Source: Catajapyx aquilonaris
Lineage: Eukaryota
Assembly: GCA_000934665.2 (NCBI GenBank)
Contig: KZ538221.1
Coordinates: forward strand, 62,001-98,284
DNA length: 36,284 nt
Direction: 5' to 3'
This document shows positions 21,001 to 33,000 of this stretch, piece after piece; within the stretch, counting starts at the first letter, position 1; each line of letters opens with the position of its first letter. Under the pieces are notes generated by a model, which searched no databases, was not told the origin of the DNA, and was given only the letters and a program-made list of their open reading frames with translations. The position numbers were made by a program, and so were the translations under genes.

Positions 21001-24000
21001 CTGATGGGATGTAAAGCTTGTTTTTATTGGATGTGTAGCCGGCGGTCTAGCAGCAAAGCTGACGAATGGGAGTCGTCTCAGGGGTCGTCGCCACCGAAAG
21101 CCCAGCAGAAACACCAGCAACACAGGCCATCTCTGGTGTCCCAGGACGGACAGCCAATCAGCATCAGAGATCCCAGAGGTAAGACTGGTGTCAATAATAA
21201 CCTGTTCTTATCGATGTTCTCCAGTAGTGTCAAAAATTGATGTCAGTAGTAACATGATACTGTCGATAGTCCTTCAGTAGTCTAAAATTAATGTCAAAAG
21301 TAAGACGATACTATCGATACGATATGTCTAGAAGTATCAGTAATAAATGTCAAATTTAACCTGATATGTTACTCCTGATATGTCCTCCACTAGTCTCAGA
21401 AAGTTGATGGCAATAGTAACCTGATACTGTCGATGTCGTCCAGAAAATTGACTTCAAATTAAACCTGATACTATCGACATGTCTTCAATTATTAGCAGAA
21501 AATCGATGTCAATAGTAACCTGGCACTATCGATATGTCCTGCACTAGTATCAGCAAGTTGACGTCAATAGTAACCTGATACTATCGGTATGTCGTACAGT
21601 AGTAACAGAAAATTGATGCCAATACTAACCTTTTACTATCAAAATGTCCAGCAGTGTCATAAAATTGATGTCAATAGTAATCTGATACTACCGACAAGTC
21701 CTCCAGTAGTATAAAAATGACGTCAATAATAACCTGATACTATCGAAAGGTTCTCAGCTAGTATCAAAAATGATTACAATAGAAACCTACTGTCGAAATG
21801 GCATCCAGTAGTATCATAAAATTGATGTCAACAGTAATCTGATACTACCGACATGCCTCCTGTAGTAAAAATGCCGTCAATAGTAACCTGATACTATCGA
21901 AATGTTCTCAGTTAGTATCAAAAATTATTACAATAGAAACCTACAACTGTCGAAATGTCATCCAGTAGTATCAAAAATGATTACAATAGAAACCTACCGG
22001 TACTGTCGAAATGTCATCCAGTAGTATCATAATAGTGATGTAAATAGTAAATTTATACTATCGATGTGCCTTCCAGTAGTATCAGAAAATCGCAATAAAA
22101 TGACAGCCATTATAACGTCGACCAATACTACCGATAGCCGTATTGGTTACTATTTGAACATCTGACATTCCAGAGTATCGATCTCACAATAATTACCTAC
22201 ATCGTCCATTTCTTGTCCTATTTCCATCCTATTTGCATCACACAAGGAAACATTAATCGTGCATTAATCACTCCCTCTAATTTTACAAAGGCAGTCACAA
22301 ACAGGGCTTGTTAAATTCTCCATCGTACGCTCTCTGTTTAAAAAATGGCTTCTCTCCCCTCCCACTCAGTAACCAAATGACTAATGCAGACCTCCTCCTT
22401 CCCTCTCTGGCATCAAACAGATCCTGGTTTCCTGGCTGATTATTATTTAAAGCCATGGATTCAGGCATGTTTCTCCTGCAAAATGTGTAGAGTCGACCCC
22501 ATGGATTCGCGGAGAAGAGAGGAATTAAAATTGCAGTAGTACGTTGCACAAGTTCTGATGGTGTAATACTGTAATGGAAACAGGAATGAAGGGGCAGGGG
22601 GTCCTTCTAGTAAGTGTTTCCATTGGATTGGACAACCACAAAGAAGCGGATCAAACGCTCGCTGGTGTTTTTTTATTGGGAGCTCTTCACGCTTGAAGCG
22701 AGTGAAGAACACTCGAATCCACTCGCTCGCTTTTTCATGCCATGTTGAACTGATGTGTTCTAAAATTCTGGAACAAGAGGGAATATCAAGACTCATTTTA
22801 TACCCATTTCCAGGTAGCACGAATCGCCCTGGAATATCCCACGGATATCCAAATATCCAGTGGAGATTCATTGGATGTCGACATATCCACTGAATCTCCA
22901 CCGGATATTGGATATCCGTGGGATATTCCAGGGCGATTCGTGCTACTTGGAAATATATCCATTCATAGTCAGAGAAACAACGAAACAAACCAACTTTGCT
23001 TTTTATATGAAGTATGGTATAATTTAGATATTAAGATGAAAGTTCTTCCATCTGGTTGTCTGTCCGAAGAAGTGGGAGGGAAAGACCAGATGGGAGTAGT
23101 TAGAAGTTTTAGACTTTTAGCCAATCATGGCCAATGACAAAGGCCGATGATGTCACATATAACCAATCACGGGGCTCAGGACGTGACCCAGAAATATCGA
23201 TATGTATCGTCATATCGTGAAATGGAATATCGACGTATATCAAAGAGTGCCTTCAACAACAACATGCAACCAAATCAATCAAGTTGATATTGTTGTTGTT
23301 GTCGTCGTATCGTGAAAGAAAGTATCGATGTACAACAACGACAACAACGACAAAAACAGAGTAGTGTGAATTTTCGGAGTCCCACACCACTTCGGATATA
23401 GTAGACCAGAGTCCCACGCGAGATGATCCCTGGCGTTATTTTAACGACTTTTAACGTCAATTTAATGTCAAGAAGTGTAGCGACTATTGTACCGTTGAGG
23501 CGATAGTTTGACGTGAAATTGACGTAAAAGTCGTTAAAATAACGTCAGAGATCATCTGGCGTGGGACTCTGGTCTACTATATCCGAAGTGGCGTGGGACT
23601 CCCAAAATTCACACTACTTGTACAAGTACTAATAGGTAAATATTAGTTTTGTATCGGTTTCGATTGATGGTCAAAAATAGTTGAAAGCAGTGTGCGCCTC
23701 AGTGTACGATAGTATCGATTTCGTGGCCATATTTTAAGCTAACGACGACGACGACAACGACAACAACAACAACAACAGTTGCTATTCTTGTCGTCGTCGT
23801 CGTCGTCGTTAGCTTTGTAAATAAATGTTGGCCACACAATCGATACGATACTGAGAGCGCACACTGCTTTCAACTATTTTCGACCATCAATCGAAACCCA
23901 TACAAAATTTCAATATTTCAAACCAATCCTATTAATAGCCACACATAATTGCCGACCGATCAAAGCGAAAAATCAGCGCCCCAATTAAAACCCCCATGAT

Positions 24001-27000
24001 GAATTTTAAAATCGCGTGCTCCTCCTCCCACCTCGTCGAATCGAATAATTCCATTTCCAAAGCGATAAAAATCAGCGACATTTGGCCTCCCCCGATCGAC
24101 GCAAAATGCGTGTCGCTCAATCTGGAAAATCCGTTTAATATTGTGACATCATGTCGCCCTCTGGGGGAATTCCCCGCAACAGACAGTCGGCCACTCGACT
24201 TGATTAGGTCCTTAGAAGCCCAAACCCCCCTCTAGGCATCTCTTCCATTCAGATGCAAATACATGCTCCAGAAGCATTAAGTTAACACCATTACGTCACT
24301 TTGCTGTCGTCTAATGAAACGGGAAGAGAAAGACAGCCTCTGGGAGGAAGTGACGTCAAACCAGCCTAATATCGCCGGAATGAATCGATATATCGATACT
24401 ATATGTTTTTAAATATAATAAAATAACCGGAGATAGGTGTTATATCTCCGGCTATTTCATTGTATGTTGAAAAAACATATAGTATCGATATATCGATTCA
24501 TTCGCGATATTAGGCTGGTTTGACGTCACTTCCTCCCCGAGGCTGTCGTTCTGATGTTTTTTTTTTAAATATAATACAATAACCGGAGATATACCGACAC
24601 TTTCAACTCTTAAAGCAACCGCTATAGACCAATGCAACCTAACATTAGCAACTAATACTGATAACCACCTAAAATAACTTCTTGATATATTAAGTTGTTC
24701 ATTAGCCCTAAAATCATATAAAAGTAACCGTTAAAAATAAGCCGCTTATTTTGATTTGATATGAAAAGTAGCTGCTTAAAATAACTTAATTGTTAGCCTG
24801 AAATAACGTAACATGAAATAACATGCAACCTAATATTAGAAACTGAGGCATTGGTAGGGCCACCTACAATAACTGTTAAAGTAACTACTTGATATTAAGC
24901 AGCTTATTGGCCCTAAAATCACATGAAAGTAACCGTTTATAAAGCCCCTAATTTTTGATGCGATATGAAAAGTAGCTGCTTAAAATAACCTAATTGTTAG
25001 CATGAAATTACATATCATGCAATAACATGCAACCTAATATTAGAAACTGAGGCATTGATAGCCACCGACAATAACAGTTATTGTAGGTGTTATTTCAGTT
25101 AAAGTAACTACTTGATATTAAGCAGCTTATTGGCCCTAAAATCACATGAAAGTAAACGTTTAAAAAGCCCCTAATTGTAATGTGATATGAAAAGTAGCTG
25201 CTTAAAATAACCATATTAACATAAAATAACATGAAAGGTATCTGTTTTAAAATAACCATATTAACATGAAATAACATGAAAGGTATCTGTTTTAAAATAA
25301 CCATATTAACATGAAATAACAGCATGAAAGGTATCTGTTTTAAAATAACGTTCTTATTTTCCTTAAATAATATTTTTAAAAACAGTTGCTTGAAATAAAC
25401 AGTCTCTTTGTTGCTGTTTTATAGTGCCCGTTCTTTACTAAGCTGCTTATTAAGCCGTTATTTTGTAAACAGCTTTATGGAGGTATTGTTTAGTTGTTGT
25501 TGCTGTTGTGGTTGTTGTTGTTAAAATTGTTATTAAGATTTGCTTGGTAACTAGAAGAACTGCCGCATATGACCAAGTCTCAATGTACTTACAAGTAACG
25601 GTGTTGCAAATTTTTCAATTATGAGCATTTATTACAGAAGCGTAAATATTTTAAAATATTAATATTAATAAACAGTCAATAATTAATCAATAAGAGTTAT
25701 AATACTTTTGTGTAGTACAATTATTACCGGGTGTTCCAAAAAAAATTACTTGATATTCTCACGTTCTGATGAGAGTCATATATGACGTGTCTATTTCGTA
25801 CTTTTAAGTGCAGTACTGCGCTGCCTGTTTCTAGCAGTTACTGTTAGGAAGTGTAAAGATTAGCTGAAAATATTAGGTTTCACAACATAACACTTACTTT
25901 CTTTAAACATTCCAATAATTGACGTCACTAATTGTTGTCATTATATACAAAAATGTTCAGAGTGGTTGACTCAATTTGAGCCGCATTTTTTACTGATGGT
26001 TATGTCCGCAAATTCTAGCAGTTAATTTCTCATTCCGCACCAATGTACCGCCAGTTTAACTGTCACTGTAAATGGACATGTCAGGTCCCCCCAGCTTCAT
26101 AACGGCATGCCATCAGCATCACGTTGTCTAGGTCCAGCGTATGTAAAACAGAAACAAAAACAGTGTTCCGATGTCACCTGTCCGGACCCAAAATGTCACC
26201 AACCATGAGAATCTGTCACCGTACCAGGGAGCATATACTACATAAGAGGCGCAAACATTCGATTTCCGCGTCTCTCTGTTTGGGGCCGTTGCCAAGGCTG
26301 GCGGCCATTTTGAAGTGTGGGGAGCGCCAACGAGGTATAAATAGGGTACAGGCAAAAATACGGTCCGCCATCTTTGATTCGCGTGTGCTCTTGCCGTGTA
26401 GTTGCCATGGCCGCCAAAACCATCAAAGATGGCGGACCATATTGTTGCCTGTACCCTATTTATACCTCGTTGGCGTTCCCCACACTTCAAAATGGCCGCC
26501 AGCCTTGGCAACTGCCCCAAACAGAGAGATAGGCGCCGACAGAAGTTTGCGCCTCTTATGTAGTATATGCTCCCTGACCGTACTCTATCGATCAAAAAGT
26601 ATTGATAACACATTTCTTCTTCAGTGCTGAAGAATGATCTGCTCCTTCATGAAGCTGTGATCAAGAATGATTCTGATGCAGTTCGCGAGATCCTGAAGGA
26701 ACCTGTGGATGTCAACTCTAGAAACAATGTGAGTTATGTTCTTCAAGATAAACTGGGAGGGTAAAAACATGTTAACCGCCAGTGGAATGTGGCGGTTAAC
26801 ATGTTTTTCTCCCGAAGGAGTTCCGGTGCAGATTTTCGCTTAAAAGGATTTGCATACTTAGGATTTAGCATTAATTTGCAAAAACTTTCGATCTCAAAGC
26901 CTCAAAGGCTGGAGAAACTTTCTTTGTTGCGGCTTTTCCCAACAGTGGGAAAGTTTATTTTGCTGTACCAATTGTATGGTTTTCTTTTGGGAAGGAAAAG

Positions 27001-30000
27001 CGGATTCAAGATGGCCGAACTTTTTCCAAAGTGTTTGATCATCGGATGGTTTCACTTCCAATTTAATCTGGACCCTTGCAAGCCTGACCACTCGGACTTA
27101 ATCGATTGTTACGCAACAATGGTTGCGGCTTGACGAAGCTTCCCAGTTTCAATTAGGGAAAAGTATGTGATAGTTTGGGTTTACATTGTTGAAAAGTGGA
27201 ATATTATTTTTGTGTTTATTTTCCGATCCACCGAATTATAAACAAAGAGGCGTACATGCTGTTAAACAAAATAATGGAAGAATAAATTATTTAGCTAACT
27301 AGTTCATTTGTTGTAGGCAAACACATTTTGTACTGTTATTAACAATAATCAGCTTTACGTATGAAATGATTTTATATGCAGGCTGAAAATGTCCCAATAT
27401 AAAATAACTTATGACATGTTCACATATAAAATTAATTAAATCCATTAATTTTGCTGATTATACTGTATTATAAATATCATTGAATTTGCATAATTTACAT
27501 TGTGGGCAAACAATTTCTTTCTTGTTATAGTACAGTACTCCAGCCTTATTCGTCGCATAAAATATTGCGTAATATTTAAAGTCAATTCAAGTAAAAATAT
27601 TGCAGTGTACAAACAGGCCAAAATTGCGCGTTTCATTAATACTTTTAATTGGCACAATCCTGCCATTGTTGGAACGCAACTGGAAACTATTCAGTACGTA
27701 TATCTCCGCTTAATTATTTGACAGTAATTAGCGCAAAGTTGATACTATCTCAATATTAAAAATTCCATATTGCCGTAAAACAATGCTGATTAATTTTTTT
27801 CGCCCACACTTTTAATTAAAATGTGGTCTCATTGTCGCATTTTTAAGTAGGATATTGTGGAAAAGGGTTTTTTTGAGGCCCATTGTTGGATCGAGTTGTC
27901 ACCATCAAGTATGCCTTAATTAATCTAAGTTATTCGTTAAATTAAGCCGTACTGCATTTACGTAATTAAAACTATTATTTCGTGTGTGCGGAAATATCGT
28001 ATTTATAGTCGCATATTAATTACATAAATGCAAATTTCTGCAAAAAATATTGATAAGCTTAGAATTAGAACCAAAACTAATTGCCACAATTTTAAGCCAA
28101 ACGCAATTAAGTCGTAATGACTGCAACAAAGAGGGGCCCCCAGTACCTTTAATGAGAACATACGTCCCTGGCCGTTAATCACGTCTCAACCGTACCCAAA
28201 TTGCACTGAAACTGCTCCCAAAAACCAAAAACTGGGTCCTTACTAAAACCCCATTAAAAACTCAATCTCAGTCTTTCTCCCCATACCGGCAGATTGCCTA
28301 ATCCCATATTCCCAGTCCAGCTCTTATGGGCTCCTAAGCATAAGGAGAGAAAAAAATCGTTTTTAAACAGCTCGTTTAAGTTAAACAGCGTCTCTAAATT
28401 CGACAGAAGCTTCAACTAGTGGATCTAGTAGTTGTAACTATCTATCCTTATCTCTATTTTTGTTCATCCCAGCCTCAGCTAGGAATTGAAACCCCTAAAC
28501 CTCCGGACCATGTGACAGTAGCTATAAAGCCTATCCAAACCCCCATTTTACACCCTGTATCTAGCCGCCATTTCCATTACAAGCAGTTAAGATTAGAGGC
28601 CTCACTCGAAGGCTTCTCTTTATGACCACCGCGACATCCGGCACCGCCAACTGTGTCCGAACAGCCTGCAACTGTTTATAAGTAATACAGTGCTGGACAT
28701 AATAACCGTCGCTGAATGTTTTTTTCCGGCGGCGGCGGCGTTACCTGACAACCCCGTCCGGCGGGCCAATTCAAACATCAGCCCATGGAGAGCGCTTCCA
28801 TTGTTGCCACTGTTTACAAATCGAACGAGTGACGCGGACGACCCAGCGACGGGTCTCTTTCTCTTCTGCCTGCGCACTCACTCACTCGATTTGTAAACAG
28901 TGGCAACAATGGAAGCGCTCTTCATGGGCTGATGTTTGAATCAAAGAGTTCTGCTATTATATAATATAATACCTAGAGGCCCGCCGGACAGGGTTGCCAG
29001 GTAACGCCGCCGCCGCCGCCGCCGCCGCCGGAAAAAAACATTCAGCGACGGCTATTATGTCCAGCACTGTACCAGGGAGCATAAGAGGCGCGAATATTCG
29101 ATTTCCGCGTCTCTCTGTTTGGGGCGTTGCCAAGGCTGGCGGCCATTTTGAAGTGTGGGGAACGCCAACGAGGTATAAATAGGGTACATGCAAAAAATGC
29201 GATATTCCGGAATCCCCCCCCCTGGCACGAGGCGAGAGGCGAGAGGCGAGAGGCGCGAGTCACGCACTGAGTTTCAGCGCTCGGCGGGCATTTCGAGAAC
29301 TATTACCGCCATTACAGTACTGTACTTGTACTGCATATGCGCTTCTCTGTGTAGGTNAACTCAGTGCGTGACTCGCGCCTCTCGCCTCTCGCCTCTCGCC
29401 TCGTGCCAGGGGGGGGATTCCGGAATATCCGGAAATAGGGTCCGCCATCTTTGATTCGCGTGTGTTCTTCCCATGTAGTTGCCATGGCCGCCAAAAGATG
29501 GCGGACCCTATTTTTGCCGGTACCCTATTTACACCTCGTTGGCGTTCCCCACACTTCAAAATGGCCGCCAGCCTTGGCAACGGCCCCAAACAGAGAGACG
29601 CGAACATCAAAGGCGCCGACAGAAGTTTGCCCCTCTTATGTACATATGCTCCCTGGTAATACTGTTACTTTACATGAATTTTTAAGTGTCGCACTAGCAA
29701 TTTAAAGGTATATGACTGGTGATTAATGAACAGATGTTGTCAATTGACAGTTGGTCTTAAAATATCGCAGAAACTAGGTTTTATCCTTAATGAGAAAAAA
29801 CTGGCCTATACAGTGTAGCAGTGAATAATAGAACTGGTACAAAATTATTAATCCCCGCAAAAGCCAGTCCACCAAAAACCTATAGCGTCTAACTACTGCA
29901 TGTTAATTTGCCCAGTTTATGACTGCGCAATTAGCTCGCTTACAGGGTGTGTGATTAAAAATTCTCCGAGCCAGGTTACAAAACTGTGGACATAAATCGA

Positions 30001-33000
30001 CTGTGAATGATACAGAGCAACACGGGACAAAGTCCCAGGTGCGTTTCAAACCAATCCCCCTCTGACGTCATCAGACTTAATCATTCATGAATCTCCTCAG
30101 AGGACGGTCAAGTCTAAAATTAACTTTTGCTAGTCAAATAAGCTAATATCAACAATGGGGCTGGCTGTTAATTAATTAATTAATTAATATTAATTAATTG
30201 TTGCAGTATGGACGCACCCCCATCTACTGGGCTGCGTCACGAGGCAGCACGGATATCATCGAGATGCTGATCAACGCCAAGTGCGACATTGAAGCTAAAG
30301 ATAAGGTACTCAAGTGTGATCAGCTGATTATCACAATAATATATTCTAATTATTTAGAATATATTTATGCCGGTATTGGGTTTCTAAATAAGGAAGCGAG
30401 TGCGCACTTATACGGCGCAGTCTTGGAATTTAAATTTAGTTTTTATATTTACTCTACGTATTTAAAAAAACTCAATTTAAATAAATAAAATCAACAGTAT
30501 TTCCAAGACTGACTGCGCCGTATGAGTGCGCACTGGCTTCCTGATATAACAACCAACTGTAAATAAATAAAATAAACTGTAATTCTTGGAATTACTGTCT
30601 ATTTTATTTATTGATATAAATCCCATGCCATAGCTTATTACTATTATGTGATTCACGAGTCCTGGCCTGTTAGGCTCCACCCACCTCCTCCCAACGTCAG
30701 CGGCGGAAGAAATCAGGCCTGGAATGCTCGTGAGTTTCGCGAGTAGGAGCCATTGGTGCGGTGTTCGGTGTCAACAAGGGATAGGTGGTTCGTCGTATTT
30801 CCAGGCCTGGTTGCNCTGGTTGTCCCCCCCAATGCGATCCACTGTTGCCAAGTGCTCTCCCCATCCTCCTGGCAGGCGTGTGAGCCCATGGCGGACGCGG
30901 ACGTAGCAACCTCGCCTTCAGAGGGCGGAGGACGGGGGAGGAGCCTAACAGGCCAGGACTCGTGAATCGCATAATAATCGCCTGTGTCTCGCTGTCTGTT
31001 TGCCCGGGGTCAGTTATCACCTCAGCTCAGGTTCACGTTGTACCCCTCGCACGGTCCTGACTGTTGCAGAAGTGTGGTGAGAAGAATGCGCCATCTGTGC
31101 GAGGGACAAATGTGGACGTGGCTGAGTTAATGTGATGACTCACCCCGGACACACAAACAACCGATTATAGTAGTTCGATTTAATTTTCATTCGATTTCAT
31201 GATGGAATATGTTTTTCAGTAAAATTGACATTTCCATTGTTATTCCAGTACGGAATGCGACCATTGTTGACTGCAGCATGGCACGGTCACAAGGAGGCAG
31301 TACAGCAGCTAATCAACAGCGGAGCAAACATGCAGGCTGTCAACAAGGTACACTCACCATTCTTCTTCTTATATTGAAACCGGTTCTATTATAGTCTTAG
31401 CCAGACTTTTTTTTAACCAGGTTCAGGCATTTGACATTACCTTTCTGAGTAGGCTACAAGAGCGCCATCTAAAAGAAAAGGTCCGGTACTCACCAAAGAT
31501 GAAAGGAAGCTTTTCCAAGCTTAGAAAGAATGCCTGAGCTGCAAAGAACGTTTTAGCTTTCTTCTCTTCAAAGGGGCAATTTAAGACTTGTTTTAAACCA
31601 GGACATTTGATCCGAGCCTGAGTGCGCTTCCACGGTTAAATTGACCCAATTCGTTTCTATCCAAAGCGATTCCGTGACTCTGACTTGAGCCAGAGGATGA
31701 TGCGATAAGACTATAAAAGTATAGGGTTGTTGCGCTGAACTTCTGGAAAGAGGACAGAGTCACAGAAGCCATTTATATTCCAGAAATCATATGGGCTGTT
31801 GACATGCGCAGCCCGGAACAACCGTCTGTCAGTGGTCAACTTCCTGTTGGAGACACTGGAGGATGTGGATGTAGACGTGGTGGACTGTGAGGGTCAGACT
31901 CCTTTGTTTCATGCTTCGGCCAATGGTCACGTCCAGGTGGTTCAAAGACTCCTGGAAGCTGGAGCCAAGATGGAGGTTCGAAACAAGAAGAAGCAGACGC
32001 CTTTGATCGCCGCATGCGAGAAGGGACACTGGGAAGTTTCGGAGCTGTTCCTCCAGAGGTGCTGCTCTACCACGGCTCAGGATGAGGACGGTAACAGCGC
32101 CTTGCATGTGGCGGTGGAGAACTTGCAGACTGCGACTGTCCAGCTGCTTCTGGACCACGGATCGGACGTGGACATGGAGAATCTGGTATGATATCCCCCA
32201 CATAGATGGCACAAATGCCACTCTCAGGGTCAATTTTTTTTTAAATAACAATGATTACAATAATGGATGTTGTTAATGACTAATTGTTGTTATTAGAAAG
32301 GGAACACTCCAATGCACATCGCCAGCAGCTTAGGATGTCAGGGAATTCTGGAGAGCCTGTTCCAAGCTGGCTGCTCATTATCAATCAAAAACAAAGTGAG
32401 TCAACAATATTTTCTGATCAACAATGGTCTGAACTCCACATTGTCTTTCAGCATGGCAACACTCCTATTCATCTTGCCTGCCTTTCCAACCAGCTTGAAA
32501 CAGTCGAGAAGCTTCTGGAGCATGGATCTCAAGTCAACGACGTCAACGCGGTAATTAATCGCGTAGACACGAAATTAAATATTATTGTTAATTGCTCATT
32601 ATCTTCCGGCAGCGACTACAGAGCCCTATCCACATAGCGGCAGAACAAGGATACACGGACATATGCAAGGTCCTGATGGAGGCTGGAGCCAACCTTAACC
32701 AAAAAGAACAGGTGCGTGACTAGCTAAACGGCTACTTATTAATTCAGAGAGGTACAAGCACCGCAATTAGGATGCTAATTAATTACTGGATCATACAGTG
32801 TAGCGTGTGGAATAATTGTTGTTATGAAGCAGCAATTACCACAAGGCGTGATTACAATGGGACCTCATTTGAGAGTGGGTTTCAGTTGGCTGCTTCTTCA
32901 CACTAAGCAGCTTATTCTAATCGGCTATTAAAATAATAGTTAATTTTAGATTTAAGATTTTAAAAAATTTATCTTCTAATATAGGGTTGAACTAAAACAC

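Noticed and set aside
22461..23137. 175-aa and overlapping ORFs
   Set aside because: They cross the 22806-22954 hairpin (mirror peptide GYPWDIPGRFVL on both strands); no splice-compatible exon.
23360..23618. CACTA/CMC classification of the AGTAGTG..CACTACT element
   Set aside because: The CACTA word is at the 3' end and TAGTG at the 5' end, the reverse of CACTA termini.
25765..25800. Possible hammerhead ribozyme core (CTGATGAG followed by gtcata-tatgac stem)
   Set aside because: The required GAAA after stem II is missing (gtgtc follows) and stems I/III cannot be formed.
25726..26000. Decayed mariner transposase end (TA|ccgggtg; - strand ..VNHSEHF)
   Set aside because: Only a faint resemblance to the G.HFEH C-terminal motif, with a stop codon and no partner TIR or DDD/E region.
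26124..26630. Overlapping 168-aa and 161-aa ORFs on opposite strands
   Set aside because: They span the CAGGGAG hairpin MITE; mirror peptides and no transposase motifs.
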